From the NCBI RefSeq assembly GCF_009914755.1, contig NC_060939.1: a stretch of 64,000 nt of DNA; one strand, given 5' to 3'. This DNA is from the human T2T-CHM13v2.0 reference genome, Homo sapiens. The position numbers and the translations under genes were made by a program. Below are positions 15,943 through 27,758 of the stretch, in pieces; within the stretch, counting starts at the first letter, position 1, and each line of letters opens with the position of its first letter. The notes under the pieces are model-generated. The model was not told the DNA's origin. It made no database searches and saw nothing but the letters and a program-made list of their open reading frames with translations.

Positions 15943-17689
15943 TTAGCACCTTTGCATTTTCACAATGGCCACTACCTTTTATTTCCATAAATCAGGAAGT
16001 TAGTTTTAGACTAAATTATGTGAATGCATGCTTCTATTAGACATCCTCCATTGTGTGCAATTTTATTTGAGAACTGCTTAAGGTTTTCTCAAATTTTTAA
16101 TGGCTATATGGAGCCTCTGTTTGTTCATCTATATTAGACTGTTGGTCTTTCAATGCCATGTGCTGGGCCACCATTTAAATCTCTGGATGTTTCCTCTACT
16201 TGTGTCATCTTCCAACTTTTCTTCTCTGGAGATTTCCCAGAGATCCCAGCTTCCCGCAGGCTCCTGAAGTCCCTCACACTTAAGGCCAAGGAGAGCTTGA
16301 TAAGTAGTGTTGGAAACTAAGGCCAACTGTTGTCTAAGGAAAGGCAAAGGGAAGAAGAAGTTTTTCTTCTGTAGCCGGTGAGGTGTGAGACGTGTGGACA
16401 AGGAGGGTATGCACAGATACAAAAGCAGTCATGAGAAGAGAGAAGCATCCCTCATTGTGTGCCTCCTCCAATGTACACACATCTCCACAAATTCCTACCC
16501 CAGCTTCCAGGCACTGACAGATGCCACTTGGCATGGGTAATGCACGCTCTGTAGCCATTGCTCAGTGCTGCCTGGTCACTAAGGGAAGCCCCTGCAAATG
16601 TTGCAATTTTGGTTTCAAAAGGCTTAAGTTTTAGCAGTAAGAGCCTAGCATGTGGCAATTATAAAGACATTCTCTCTTCCCTGGCCATAAGTGTAGGAAG
16701 AGGCTACTCAGAAAGAGCCACAGCAAGGGTTCCTCAACAGAGCTACAATTAAACACAAAAACTGATTCCATGAGCGAGACAGCTCCCGAAATTATAGAGT
16801 AGACTTGGGCATTTCAAGAAAGTGGTAGGATTCTCTTGGCTTCTCTTCTGAACACATTTTATTTTACAAAACAAACAAAAAGAAACACAGAACATATTTT
16901 GGGAAAACTACTTAAATTTCTTGAACTTTATCAACTTTGTTTTTGAAAATAGCTGAACATGTTTGCAAAATGTCAGCCCTGATCATTGAGTTCTGGAAAA
17001 ACACAACCCACGACAGTGTCTGGTCAACTCCAGGCATCACAGACATCACTGCAAGCCTTCATGGAAGCACAAAGCCTTCGTTCCTCTGTGACAGATTGTG
17101 TAGAGTGAGTCAGTGTCAGGTAAGATGCCGAGAATCTCAATCCGGGTGCTGAGACACCTGGCCATGTTTTAGAAGCAAATTTGCCTGCCAAGGGGTGAAT
17201 TCCACAAAAAGCAGACCTTGCTTGAGAAGCCCAAGACTGGAGAAAGTTCCTGGTGGGTGGTTTTGCCGTGCTCCCAAGTGAGAGCCACTGATGTCTCGAG
17301 GATGGCACCAACGCAGAGAAGGAGCATCACCTAGCATCACCAAACATTTTCATTTCACCCAGAACTGATGCAATCACTCAGACCCATCAGAAACCCTACT
17401 CTCCCTCACAACACCTAGTCACTGTGACACTCTCCATGCACAGGACCCTCTCAACTGCCCACAGTGCCTTCTGGAATTGGCATCATCACACCTACTGCAG
17501 AGGTGGGATGTTGAGAGGTAAGCAGGCTTGCCTGGGTCTCTCAGCTAGTTTGCTCTGGTGTGACAATCCAAATGCATCAGTCTAACTCTAGTTAGATTGT
17601 GTGATTAAGAGTGATTAAGAGTGTGTACTCCTAATCACTACATATGCTGCCTCCCTGTGGACATGGATAAATCATAACAATGGCAACCT

Positions 17690-18170
17690 GCCATTAGTAG
17701 GTAAATGACTTACTGAATATCTGCTGTATGCTAAGGGCCTCATAGACTAGACGTTGACATTATCTATTATTTCCCAAACATGGTGAGGCATGTCATGTTA
17801 CCCCTATTATATAGATGAAGCAACTGAAGCTTGCATATAGTAGGGAACTTGACAAAGGCCACCACCAGTAAAAGGCAGAGATGGTGTCTTGGAATATTCT
17901 TCTGGCTTCAAAACCCAAATGCATTTTCCCAACAGAGACAGGTACCACAATACACTAGCTTAGGGCTCTAGTTTTCAATTCCTGCTCTTGCCCAGTGGCA
18001 TCACCTTGGAAAAGTATTAAATGTCTCCATAACTCAATTTCTTTATATATAAAATGAAGGTAATAACAGTACCTAAGAGAGCTATGAGGATTCCATGAGT
18101 TCACTCTTATAAATCCCTTAGAACAGTGAGAACAGTGGCCACATAATGAGCCCTCAACAAGTTTTAGCCA
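17690..18170. mobile_element. Two MIR elements in opposite orientation (~17690-17930 minus, ~17960-18170 plus)
   Basis: MIR core-like text cccctattatatagatgaagcaactgaagct and ctcaatttctttatatataaaatgaaggtaataacagtacct. Confidence 0.7.
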
Positions 18171-21100
18171 CAGACCAGTGCTCCTCAAACCGGGACACCT
18201 GCCCCAAAGTGCATGTTGACTGGGATTACAAAGTGCCCAAAATCACAGAGTAAGCCTGGAGCACCTCCCTGGTGCATGAGTTGTGTTTGGTGGTAAGGAA
18301 TTTAATGATACAAATACATAAGGGTTTATCGGAGAAGAGAATTTTACTCTCAAATTAAAGATGATAAAGCAGGCTTCTAGTTCTCAAGCAAGATGAAGTG
18401 GATGCGTTTCTTCCAATTCCTCCCACTAAGCAGAGCTAAAAGCTTGGCATTTTATAGAAAACAAGCATAAGGAGACCATAAAGATGAAGAAGAGGCAGAT
18501 CAGCTGGGGATCTTGGGGTCCCAAAGAATGGCATGGAGGTGGGTTTCCTTTTTGTTTCCCCTCATATATCCTGGACTAGGTGCTGGGAAGCTGATACGTC
18601 AGTGGGTACTAGAAAGAAAACAAAAAGCCCCAAGAGAAGCCTGCTCTCCCTAGCCAGAAAGCCAGGAAAGGGCACTAAAGCTAGACATAACACTCCTAGA
18701 TAATAACCACTCCTGCCAAATTCCACGGGAAAAAAAATTAAGCTCCTTGGTGAAGGCCAAGTGGGAACCAGAACTTCCACACTCACCAGGCTGTAGCAAG
18801 CCCCTCTCCTGTGGTAACAGCAGAGACCACGTGGGGATCCCACGAGCCAGGGGTGTTTCAAGTTGAATGAGAAAAGCCAATCAACAGAAGCCAATACTGA
18901 GGTGATACAGATGTCGAAATTATCTGAAAAGGATTTCAAAGCAGCTACCATAAAAATTCTTCAACAAGCAATGACAAACACACTTGAAATAAGTGAAAAA
19001 AAATGGAAAGTCTCAGACAAGAAATTGAAACTATAAAGGAGGACCACATGGAAATTTTTCAGTTCAACTGAAGTAAAACTCTAACGGAATGGGCACAATA
19101 ATATAATGGAGAGTATAAAGGAAAGAATCGGTGAACTTGAAGATACAACAACAGAAATTGTTCATCTGAAAAATGAAAAAAGACTAAAAAAACAAAAGGA
19201 ACCAACCCTCAGGGATCTGTGGGACATGAACAAAAGATCTAACATTTGTATCATCGGAGAAAGAGGGCAGGGATGAAAAAGTATTCAAAGAAATAATGAT
19301 TAAAAAATTGGTAAAAGATATAAACCTAGAGATTTAAGAAGCTGGGAAAATCCTAAAAAGGCTAGGCACCCCCCAAAATCTATGCCAAGACACAACAATC
19401 AACAAATCAAACTCGTGAAAACTAAAGAAAGATAAAATTTCTTGAAAGCAGTCAGAGATAAATGACAATTTACCTATAGAGAAAAACTACAAGTTTCTCC
19501 TCAGAAACTATGGAGGCCAGAAAAAAGTGGCATAATATTTTTAATTGATAAAAGACATGAACAATCAACCCCAATTTCTATATCCATCAAAAATATCCTT
19601 CAGGAATAAAGGGAGACTCAAGACACTCTCAGATGAAGAAAAACTAGAAGAGCAGCAAACTTACCCTAAAAGTACTGCTAAGAAGGTCTTCAAACAGAAA
19701 TGAAATGATAAAAAGAAGGAATCTTGGAGTATCAGGAAGGAATAACAAAATAAAGAGCAAATGTATGGTTAAATATGATAAACTTTCCTTTTCATCTTGA
19801 GTTTTTAAATTATGTTTGATGGTTGAAACAAAATAAATAGCAAAATAGTAAAAGCACGGATAAAGAATAAACCACACAAACAGTAATCAAAAGAGCAGGA
19901 ATGGCTATATTAATATCACATGAAGTATATTTCAGAGCAAAGAACATTTCCAAGGCAGAGAGGGATATTGCATATAGATAAAGCAGTCAATCCACCGAGA
20001 GATCATAGTTATCCTGAATGTGTATTCACCAAATAACTGAGCTGAAAAATTGAAACAAAAACTGACAAAATGACAAGAGAAAGTAAATGACAAGAGAAAG
20101 TGGCACATGCACAAATGGATTGTAGACTGACAAATCCACTATTATAGATGGAGACTTTTATTCTCTCTCTCTGTAATTCATGGAAGAACTAGAAAGAAAT
20201 TCAGCAGAAAGAACTCAACAATATCTTCCAGCAATCAAATCTTGCTGATACTACAGAGTGCTCCAGCCAACAACAGCAGAATGCACATTCCTTTCAGCAT
20301 CCAAGAAACATTTAGCAAGACAGATCATATCCTGGACCAAAAAATAAACATCAACAAGTTTAAAAGAATTAAAATTATACAGAGGGTTTTTTTTCTTACC
20401 ATAAGCAATCAAACTAATTTTGATTTCAAATTTGATTTGATTTGATTTGCTAGTTTGATAAGAAATCAGTAACAGAAAGGCAACCAGAAACTATCCAAGC
20501 ATTTTCAAATTAAATATTATACTTCTAAATAATTCATAGATCCAAGAGATTGTCACAAGGAAAGTAAAAAAACCACATGGAACTGAATGAAAATGGAGCA
20601 TCATTTTCTAATTTATGATCTCTGTGTTACCTCAACCCTATAAAGAAAATCATCTAGGAAAAGAAAGCAAATTAAAAACTACAGCTAACATGTCACTTGT
20701 TGAGAAGGAAACGTATAGCACTAAATGTTTGTATTAGAAAAAAGAAAAGGTCTTAAATCAATAATTTAAGTTCCCATCTTAAGGAAATAGAAAAAGAATT
20801 TAAAAATAAACCCAAAAACAAGCAGAAGAAAAGAAATAATAAAGATAAGAGCATAAATTCATGAATTTAAAAATAGGAAAACAGTGGAGAAAAACCAATG
20901 AAACAAAGCTGATTTTTTAAAAAAGATCAATAAAATTAACCAGCTTCTAGAAGGACTGACAAGTAAAAAGAGAAAAAAGAGAAATGGTCAATATCAATGA
21001 AACAGGAGTCATCACAAAAAACCTTCAGGATTTAATCAAAAGATTAAAAGTTTCTCATATTAACTACTGTTGTACTATTAACAATTGTATACATATACAT

Positions 21101-22216
21101 TTAACAACTAGAATGAAATAATTTAAATCACCCTATATATATTAGAGAATTTAAACTGGTAGTTAGAGACCTTCCAAAAAAGAAAATTGTAAGGCCAGAT
21201 TGTCTCACTGGTGAATTCTGTGAAATATTTAAAGAACTAACACTAATTCTATACAAATGCTTCCAGAAAATAAAAGGGGAGGGAACATCATTTTCTAAAT
21301 TATTTTATGATCCCTGTATTACCTCAACCCCATAAAGAAAATCATCTAGGAAAAGGAAGCAAATGAAAAAACTACAGCTAACATAATACTTAATAAGGAG
21401 AAACTGAATGCTTCTCCCCCACAGGATTCTCACCACTCTTATTCAACATAGTACTGAAAGCCCAAGTCAGTATAATAAGGCAAAAGACACATAGACTAAA
21501 ATAGATGAAATAAAATTCTCTCTATCTGCAGATGACATGATAGTTTACATTAAAAAATCCTAAGAAATTGAAAAAAAAAGCAAAACAAAACATTTCTAAA
21601 ACTAATCAGTGAGCAGTAAGTTCAGCAAGGACTGCAACACAAGATCAACATTCAAACCTTATTTTTTCCTATAAACTACCAATGAATACATAAAAATTAA
21701 AATTAAAAACACAATACCACTTAAAATCACTCCAATTAAAATTAAACACTTAGGCATAAACTTAAATCTTGTTTTAAACTTAAATCGTGTTTGTAACTTA
21801 CAGCACACCAGCATCTGTGTGCTGTAAGTTACAAAATGGTGATTAAAAAAAAAAAAACCCAAAGCAGTTCTAGATAAATGGAGAGATATAGAGTGTTCAT
21901 TAATGGAAGACTCAACATAGACAAAATGTTAATTTGCCCCAAATTGATTCTAGGTTTAATGCAATTCCTAGCAGAAATTTTTCTAGCCATAGACAAGCTT
22001 ATTCTAAAATGTATATGGAAAGGCACAGGCTCTAGAATAGCAAAGACAATCTTAACAAAGAAGAACTGAATGGGAGACCCTCTCTATCCAACATGAAGGT
22101 CTACTATGTAGCACCAGTAATTAAGGCAATACAGCACGGATGCAGATATAGACACATGGATCAATGGGCCAGAACACAGAACCTGAAAACAGACCCATAA
22201 AGACATGCCCAACTTA

Positions 22217-22368
22217 TTTTTTTTAAGATATGGGGTCTCATTCTGTCATCCAGTCTGGAGCGCATTGGCGTCATCACAGCTCCCTACAGCCTTGACTTCC
22301 CAGGCTCAAGGGATGCTCTTGCCTTAGCCTCCCAGCCAGCTGGAACTACAGGTGCCACCATGCCCAGT
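22217..22368 (-). mobile_element. Alu right monomer (FRAM/AluJ)
   Basis: Monomeric Alu in reverse orientation with TSD atgccca(a/g)cttattttt. Confidence 0.85.
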
Positions 22369-22424
22369 ATGCCCAGCTTATTTTTGACAAAGATGCAAAA
22401 GTGAGTCTTTGCAAGAATAGCCTT

Positions 22425-23410
22425 TTCTTTCTTTATATTTGTATAAATGTAAGGGGTATAAGTGCAGTTTCGTAACATGGACATATTGCATAGTGGTGAG
22501 GTCTGGGCTTTTAGTGTAATATCACCAGAATAATGTACTTTTAAGTAATTTCCCATCCCTCACCCTCTCCCACCCTCCCATCTTTCTGAGTCTACAATGT
22601 CTATTATTCCATACTCCATGTCCATGTGAGACAGAGTAGACACAGGACTCAGCCCACCTCCACTATGGTATTTTTCCATACATGCCCATTGACCAGACCT
22701 TGGAAGCTCTCTGGAGAAACTGAGATAAGCAGCTTCCCACCATAAATCTTATTCAAGGAGCCATACCTGCTGACTGCAGGACCTCAAAAACCTAAAATAA
22801 GCAACATCCTAACATAAATCTCACTCAAAAAAAGTTAACCCCATCACCAGCATGTACCTAAGAGCAGAATAATGAGCCATCTTTAACCCATGACTTATTG
22901 TAATACTGAAATCCCCACCCAGGGAGGGGCTTATCTGCCATTTTCTAATCATGTGACGTGTGGATTAGCATGCCCCCTTACTAGCCTGTGCACCCGAACA
23001 CTCCACCCTGCACATTCAGTGATGCTTACCTACTTCATGCATGTCACCCTCCTTAAGACACCACAATGCACTCCCCTCAGGGTGTCAGCCAGGTAACATT
23101 TGTTCCTGCACTAAATCTCCCTTATGCCCAACCTTTCTGGGCCTAAGTCTTAATGGACCTTGTCTAAAAACGGTTTGCCTAGGCTTGTGTTAATTTCTCT
23201 TACATTGAGAGCCAAAAATCTCATGCTGATAACACATGTACCTGTTATTAAGCTCCTGCTTATAAGTGAGAACACGTGGTATTTGTCTTTCTGTTTCTGA
23301 GTTATTTCACTTAAGAAAAGGACCTCCAGTTCCATCCATGTTGCCACAAATGACGTGATTTCATTTGTTATGGCTGAGTAGTATTCCACTGAGCATATAC
23401 ACTACACTTT
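22425..23410 (-). mobile_element. L1MA 3' end, split by an LTR
   Basis: tccctcaccctctcccaccctccc and ttataagtgagaacacgtggtatttgtctttctg...ccatccatgttgcc. Confidence 0.8.
22627..23234 (+). mobile_element. ERV1 solo LTR (MER66-like)
   Basis: tgagacagagtag...gataaca with exact 4-bp TSD CATG at 22623-22626 and 23235-23238. Confidence 0.75.
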
Positions 23411-24066
23411 AGGATGCCCTTTTTGACAAATACTTCTAGAGCAATTGGGTATCTAAATGTCAGAAAATAAATTTCAACCTCAACCTCACACTTTATACAA
23501 ACATTAACTCATAATGGATCACAGATTTAAATGCAAAATGTAAAACTACAAAACATTTAGAAGAAAACATAGGATAAAAATCTGAGGCCTACAGTTTAGT
23601 GAAGAGTTCTTAGGCATGACACCAAAAGTATGATTCCATAAGAAAAAAAAATTGATAAAATCAACTTCATCAAAATAAAAATATTTTTTAAAACATTTGC
23701 TCAATAAATAAAAGACCCTGCTAGGAGGGTATAAAGACATGCTACTGGCTAGGAGAAAACATTTGCAGACCATAGACCAGTCAAAGGATTCTTATCTAGA
23801 ATATATGAAAAGATCTCAAAACTCAGTGGTACAAACACTAAAAAATCCAATTAGAAAACGAACAAAAGACATGAAGAGACATTTCACTGAAGCTATATGA
23901 GTGGAAAACCAGCACACAAAAAGATGCCTCACATCACTAGCCATTAGGGAAGTGGGCAATGATGCGGCTGCTGTGAGTGGTTGCGATGCCGGTGTGATGG
24001 AGATGTCCCTGGCTATGGTAGGGCCCTTCCTGTGGGGAGACAGGCAGCAGATGCCCAGGGCACAGC

Positions 24067-24380
24067 TGGCTGGGAGGCAGGCACCCTCCTGGGAAGCAGG
24101 GCTGCTGGGCTGGGAGGAGACTGTGCCTCAGGGAGAAGGTGAGGTTGCCCTGGTACTGGGTGGGAGTGAGTGGTGAGGGCCTGGCCAAATGTAGGTGACA
24201 GGACAGCCTCTGTGTCCATTTAACAAGGCAGAGTTTCAGACAGGGTGTGAGGCAGCCAGAGAGACATTTAATATTCACTGAGCTTCAGGAGAGCTGATCA
24301 CCCCAGGCCAAGGCCAACACTGCCCAGTGTCCTCACTAAGAAACCCCTCAGGACACAGGTTCCAACCCAGCCACTGAGGG
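24067..24380 (+). repeat. Left arm of 314-bp inverted duplication
   Basis: Reverse complement of 26853-27166; about 23 mismatches and no indels by manual alignment. Confidence 0.95.
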
Positions 24381-24394
24381 GTGGGGGTTTGGGG

Positions 24395-24650
24395 AGTGGA
24401 GAGAGACAGAGAGAGAGGTAGGAGGGAAGGGAGAGGGAGAGATAGACAGAGGGAGAAATGGAAGGCACTGAGAAACAGAAGGGACAGGGGAGAGAGACAG
24501 AAGGAAAAAGGGAGAGGGATCAGAGAGGGATACAGAAAGAGGGAGGAGGGAGACGGGGAGAGAGAAAGAAGGAGGGACAGAGGCAAGGAGAGGGGAAGAG
24601 AGAGAGGGGAAAATAGAGGGGAGAAAGGAGAGGCAGGAGGGGGAGGAGAT
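24395..24650 (+). repeat. GA-rich low-complexity purine tract
   Basis: gagagacagagagagaggtaggagggaagggagaggg... Confidence 0.9.
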
Positions 24651-24882
24651 TGGCATCAAATGCCAGCTCTAGTATTTTATATCCTGGCTTCATCATCTGC
24701 TTGCAGGGTTACCATGAGCCAGCAAAGAATAACACTCACACTGAAAGGCATTTTGCACATGCCACAAGATCCCTGAAAGAGCCCTTATCTCATGAAGATG
24801 CACACAGCAGGGCTTCCATGAATGAAAATCTCCCCTTCCATTCCAAAGACAACTCAAGGTAAACTGCTCCCTTTTTACAGAC

Positions 24883-25107
24883 CAGGAGCCAACAAACTAC
24901 AGCCTCAGGCCAAATGTGGTCACCACCTTTTTCTTGTGAGAAAACTCCACTGGGACTGGGACTCAGCCGCCCATGCATTTGCTTGCTGTCTACGGCCACC
25001 CCAGAGCCACCAAGGTAGAGTCCAGTGGAGCAGTTGTGACAGAGGCCTTGCGGTCCACAAAGCCTGAAATATGCATTCACCCTTACTGAAAACACTTGCT
25101 GACCCTA
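24883..25107 (+). mobile_element. MER58A-like hAT-Charlie DNA transposon
   Basis: caggagccaacaaactacagcctcaggccaaat...cacaaagcctgaaatat...ttgctgaccct, with terminal inverted repeats. Confidence 0.75.
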
Positions 25108-25382
25108 AGAATATCAGGTCCTGGGAAGGTGAAGGAGTTACAGGAAAGGGGTCCTGATCCAGACCCCAAGAGAGGATTCTTAGATCTTGCCCAAGAAAAA
25201 ACTTGAGGTGAATCCATAGAGTAAAGCAAAAGCAAGTGTATTAAGAAAGTAAAGGAATAAAGAATGGCTAGTCCATAGGCAGAGCAGCAGCTTGGGCTGC
25301 TGGACTAAGGATACGTGTAGCTATTTCTTGATATTTTGTGTAGATATTTCTTGCTAAACAAGGGGTGGATTATTCATGCGTT

Positions 25383-25412
25383 TTCCAGGAAAGGGGTGGG
25401 CAATTCCCAGAA
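25383..25412. promoter_or_regulatory. Tandem GAS (STAT) motifs
   Basis: TTCCAGGAA (25383-25391) and TTCCCAGAA (25404-25412) both fit TTCNNNGAA. Function not shown. Confidence 0.6.
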
Positions 25413-25517
25413 CTGAGGGTTCCTCCCATTTTTAGACTGTATAGACTAACTTCCTGATGTTGCCATGGCATTTGTGAACTGTCAAGGTGCTGGTGGGAGT
25501 GTCTCTTACCAGGTGAG

Positions 25518-26169
25518 TGTAGCAGGCCAGGTCTCACGGACGCAGGCCTCCAAAAAACTATCTCAGCACTGACTGAGTGCTCAGGTTCAACATCAAAAGC
25601 TGAGAGAGCCAGTGTCCTTATACAAACACTGGAATGTAAAAAAAGCCCACCAAGAGTTTTGCCCAGGCCTTTCCTGGGCCTTGAAGCATGACAAGATAAC
25701 GAGGGAATTCTTAACAGGACCCGTTTAGGATTAAACAAGTTTTACTGGGGGACTGAAGAAACTCCCCAGGCTTCCACAAACAAGTTTATCTGGGGTCTGA
25801 AGGAACTCCCTATAACTCCATGATTTAGCAAGAGACAAGACAAATCACTCAAGCACCTGGACCCATTTAGATTAAGTAAATTTCCTGAGGCTCCAGAGGA
25901 AGGTTTTCAGGATTCAAGTCTTAGTTATGGATTAGAAACTAATCACTTACGTCTTTAGATGAAAGAATCACACTTACATGTAGACATACAGCTTAGAAGG
26001 TTATAGCTGGAAGGCTGTAATCTTGAGTTGGTCTGGAGATATTTACCAGACCTTCTCCCTTAACCAGTTATAGAAATAAAATAAAACTCTTTTCCTTTCC
26101 CAGGTCATCTGCATCCTGTTATTGGGCTTCAAGAATAATAAGCCCGACCCTCGGTTTGGTCCGGGAACA
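25518..26169 (+). mobile_element. ERV1 solo LTR (LTR15-like, tentative) nested in MER41B
   Basis: tgtagcaggccaggtctcac...aataaa...cccgaccctcggtttggtccgggaaca; MER41B sequence resumes immediately after it. Confidence 0.7.
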
Positions 26170-26852
26170 GGAATGCATTATAATTGGTGTATAATGAGCA
26201 GTGCGAACAATCAGAGGTCACTCTCATCACCATCTTGGTTTTGGTGGGTTTTGGCCAGTTTCTTTATTGCAACCTGTTTTATCAGCAAGGTCTTTGTGAC
26301 CTGTATCTTGTGCCAACCTCCTAACTCATCCCGTGAATTAGAATGCCTACCTTCCTGGGAATGCTGCCCAGCGGGCCTCAGCCTCATTTTAAGATGGAGT
26401 CAACCCCTATTTAAGATGGAGTCGCTCTGGTTCAGACAGCTCTGACAAAGGAACTTGTCAGCTTCCTGTCAGCCTCTATCTAAAATGCAAGGAAGTCCAG
26501 ACCAATAAATATGTTGTGTAGTCTTAAATGTTCAACTATCACATTTTTTAAAGTAAAAGGAAACAGATGAAATTAAGTATAATAATATATTTTATTTAAC
26601 CTAACATATCCAAAATATTATTTGACCATATAGTCAACATAACATTTTGATGGAATAGTTGACATTTTTTAAATAAAAAAATCCAGTATGGATGTTCTAC
26701 TCATGGCACTGAAGCATGCCCTGAGAAGGACCCTATGGTCATCTCTGAAAAGAATGTGTGCTCAGAGTTCCCAGCTAAGGAATCTGGGAGCAGCCAACCC
26801 AGACATTCGCTCCTTCTCTATGAAGGACACTGACACCGCCTTGTCTCTCTCT

Positions 26853-27166
26853 CCCTCAGTGGCTGAGTTGGAACCTGTGTCCTGAGGGTTTGCTTAGTGA
26901 GGACACTAGGCAGTGTTGGCCTTGGCTTGGGGTGGTCAGCTCTCCTGAAGCTCAGTGAATGTTAAATGTCTCTCTGGAAGCCTCACACCCTGTCTGAAAC
27001 TCTGCTTTGTTAAATGGACACAGAGGGTGTCCTCTCACCTACCTTTGGCTAGGTCCTCACCACTCACTCCTACCCAGTACCAAGGCAGCCTCGCCTTTTC
27101 CCTGAGGCACAGTCTCCTCCCAGCCCAGCAGCCCTGCTTCCCAGGAGGGCACCTACCTCCCAGCCA
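26853..27166 (-). repeat. Right arm of 314-bp inverted duplication
   Basis: Reverse complement of 24067-24380. The ORF track shows near-identical peptides on opposite strands (MNIKCLSGCLTPCLKL vs MNVKCLSGSLTPCLKL). Confidence 0.95.
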
Positions 27167-27372
27167 TCCCTTGAACACAGGCAGGCTACCCTGGGGATCC
27201 AGGCCCTTGGTTCTGGGCCAAATAGAGGTTGCTAGGTGGAGGGCGCCAAGTGAAAATGCTCTGTAATCTGCCTGCTCTTTACAAACTGGAGAGGATTTTC
27301 CTGTCCTGCCCACTGCTCCTGGACCGCCCTGTATGAAATCCTCAATAAACCTTACGTCTCCTTCCCTGGCCC

Positions 27373-27758
27373 CTTCTTCGCCCCTATCCAGCGGGAAGTC
27401 CCAGTTCCCAAATACCGGCCTCTGGAGTTGGGCTACATGGCTTCTCCCTTTTCTAGGTCCTGTGACCGCCATCTTGCTATTACTTGCCTTTGGGCCCTGT
27501 ACTTTTAACCTCCTTGTCAAATTAGTTTCCTCTAGGATCAAGGCTATCAAGCTACAGATGGTCTTACAAATGGAAACCCAAATGAGCTCAACTAACAACT
27601 TCTACTGAGGACCCATGGACTGACCCACTGGCCCTTTGACTGGCCTAAAGAGTTCCCTTCTGGGGCACACTACAACTGCAGGGCACCTTCTTTGCCCCTA
27701 TCCAGCAGGAAGTCCCAATTCCCAACAGCAGTTGGGGTGTCCTGTTTAGAGGGGTGAT
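27373..27758 (+). pseudogene. HERV9/ERV9 env 3' fragment (TM anchor and cytoplasmic tail) plus polypurine tract
   Basis: WLLPFLGPVTAILLLLAFGPCTFNLLVKLVSSRIKAIKLQMVLQME matches the ERV9/HERV-W-type env C-terminus. Premature TGA at 27606-27608; PPT agaggggtga precedes the LTR. Confidence 0.9.

Larger units (their letters stand above)
18375..23951 (+). mobile_element. Old L1M (L1MC-like) with ORF1/ORF2 remnants and nested insertions
   Basis: L1 motifs in collinear order: gaatcggtgaacttgaaga, agatggagactttta (EN), ctgcagatgacatgatag (RT), aaaagatgcctcacatcactagccattagggaa. Confidence 0.85.
25136..26447 (-). mobile_element. MER41B solo LTR (interrupted)
   Basis: MER41 text including the B-type segment ttttccaggaaaggggtgggcaattcccagaactgaggg; TSD AAGG at 25132-25135 and 26448-26451. 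Confidence 0.88.

Noticed and set aside
23937-27266. Pair of similar ORFs (MNIKCLSG/MNVKCLSG) as a duplicated small gene family
   Set aside because: The similarity is just the inverted duplication; both start at GTG and diverge beyond the arm. No coding evidence.
27333-27608. 91-aa ORF as a syncytin-like domesticated env gene
   Set aside because: Only the TM anchor and tail remain. The ATG comes from the host LTR, there is no signal peptide or ectodomain, and a premature stop is present.
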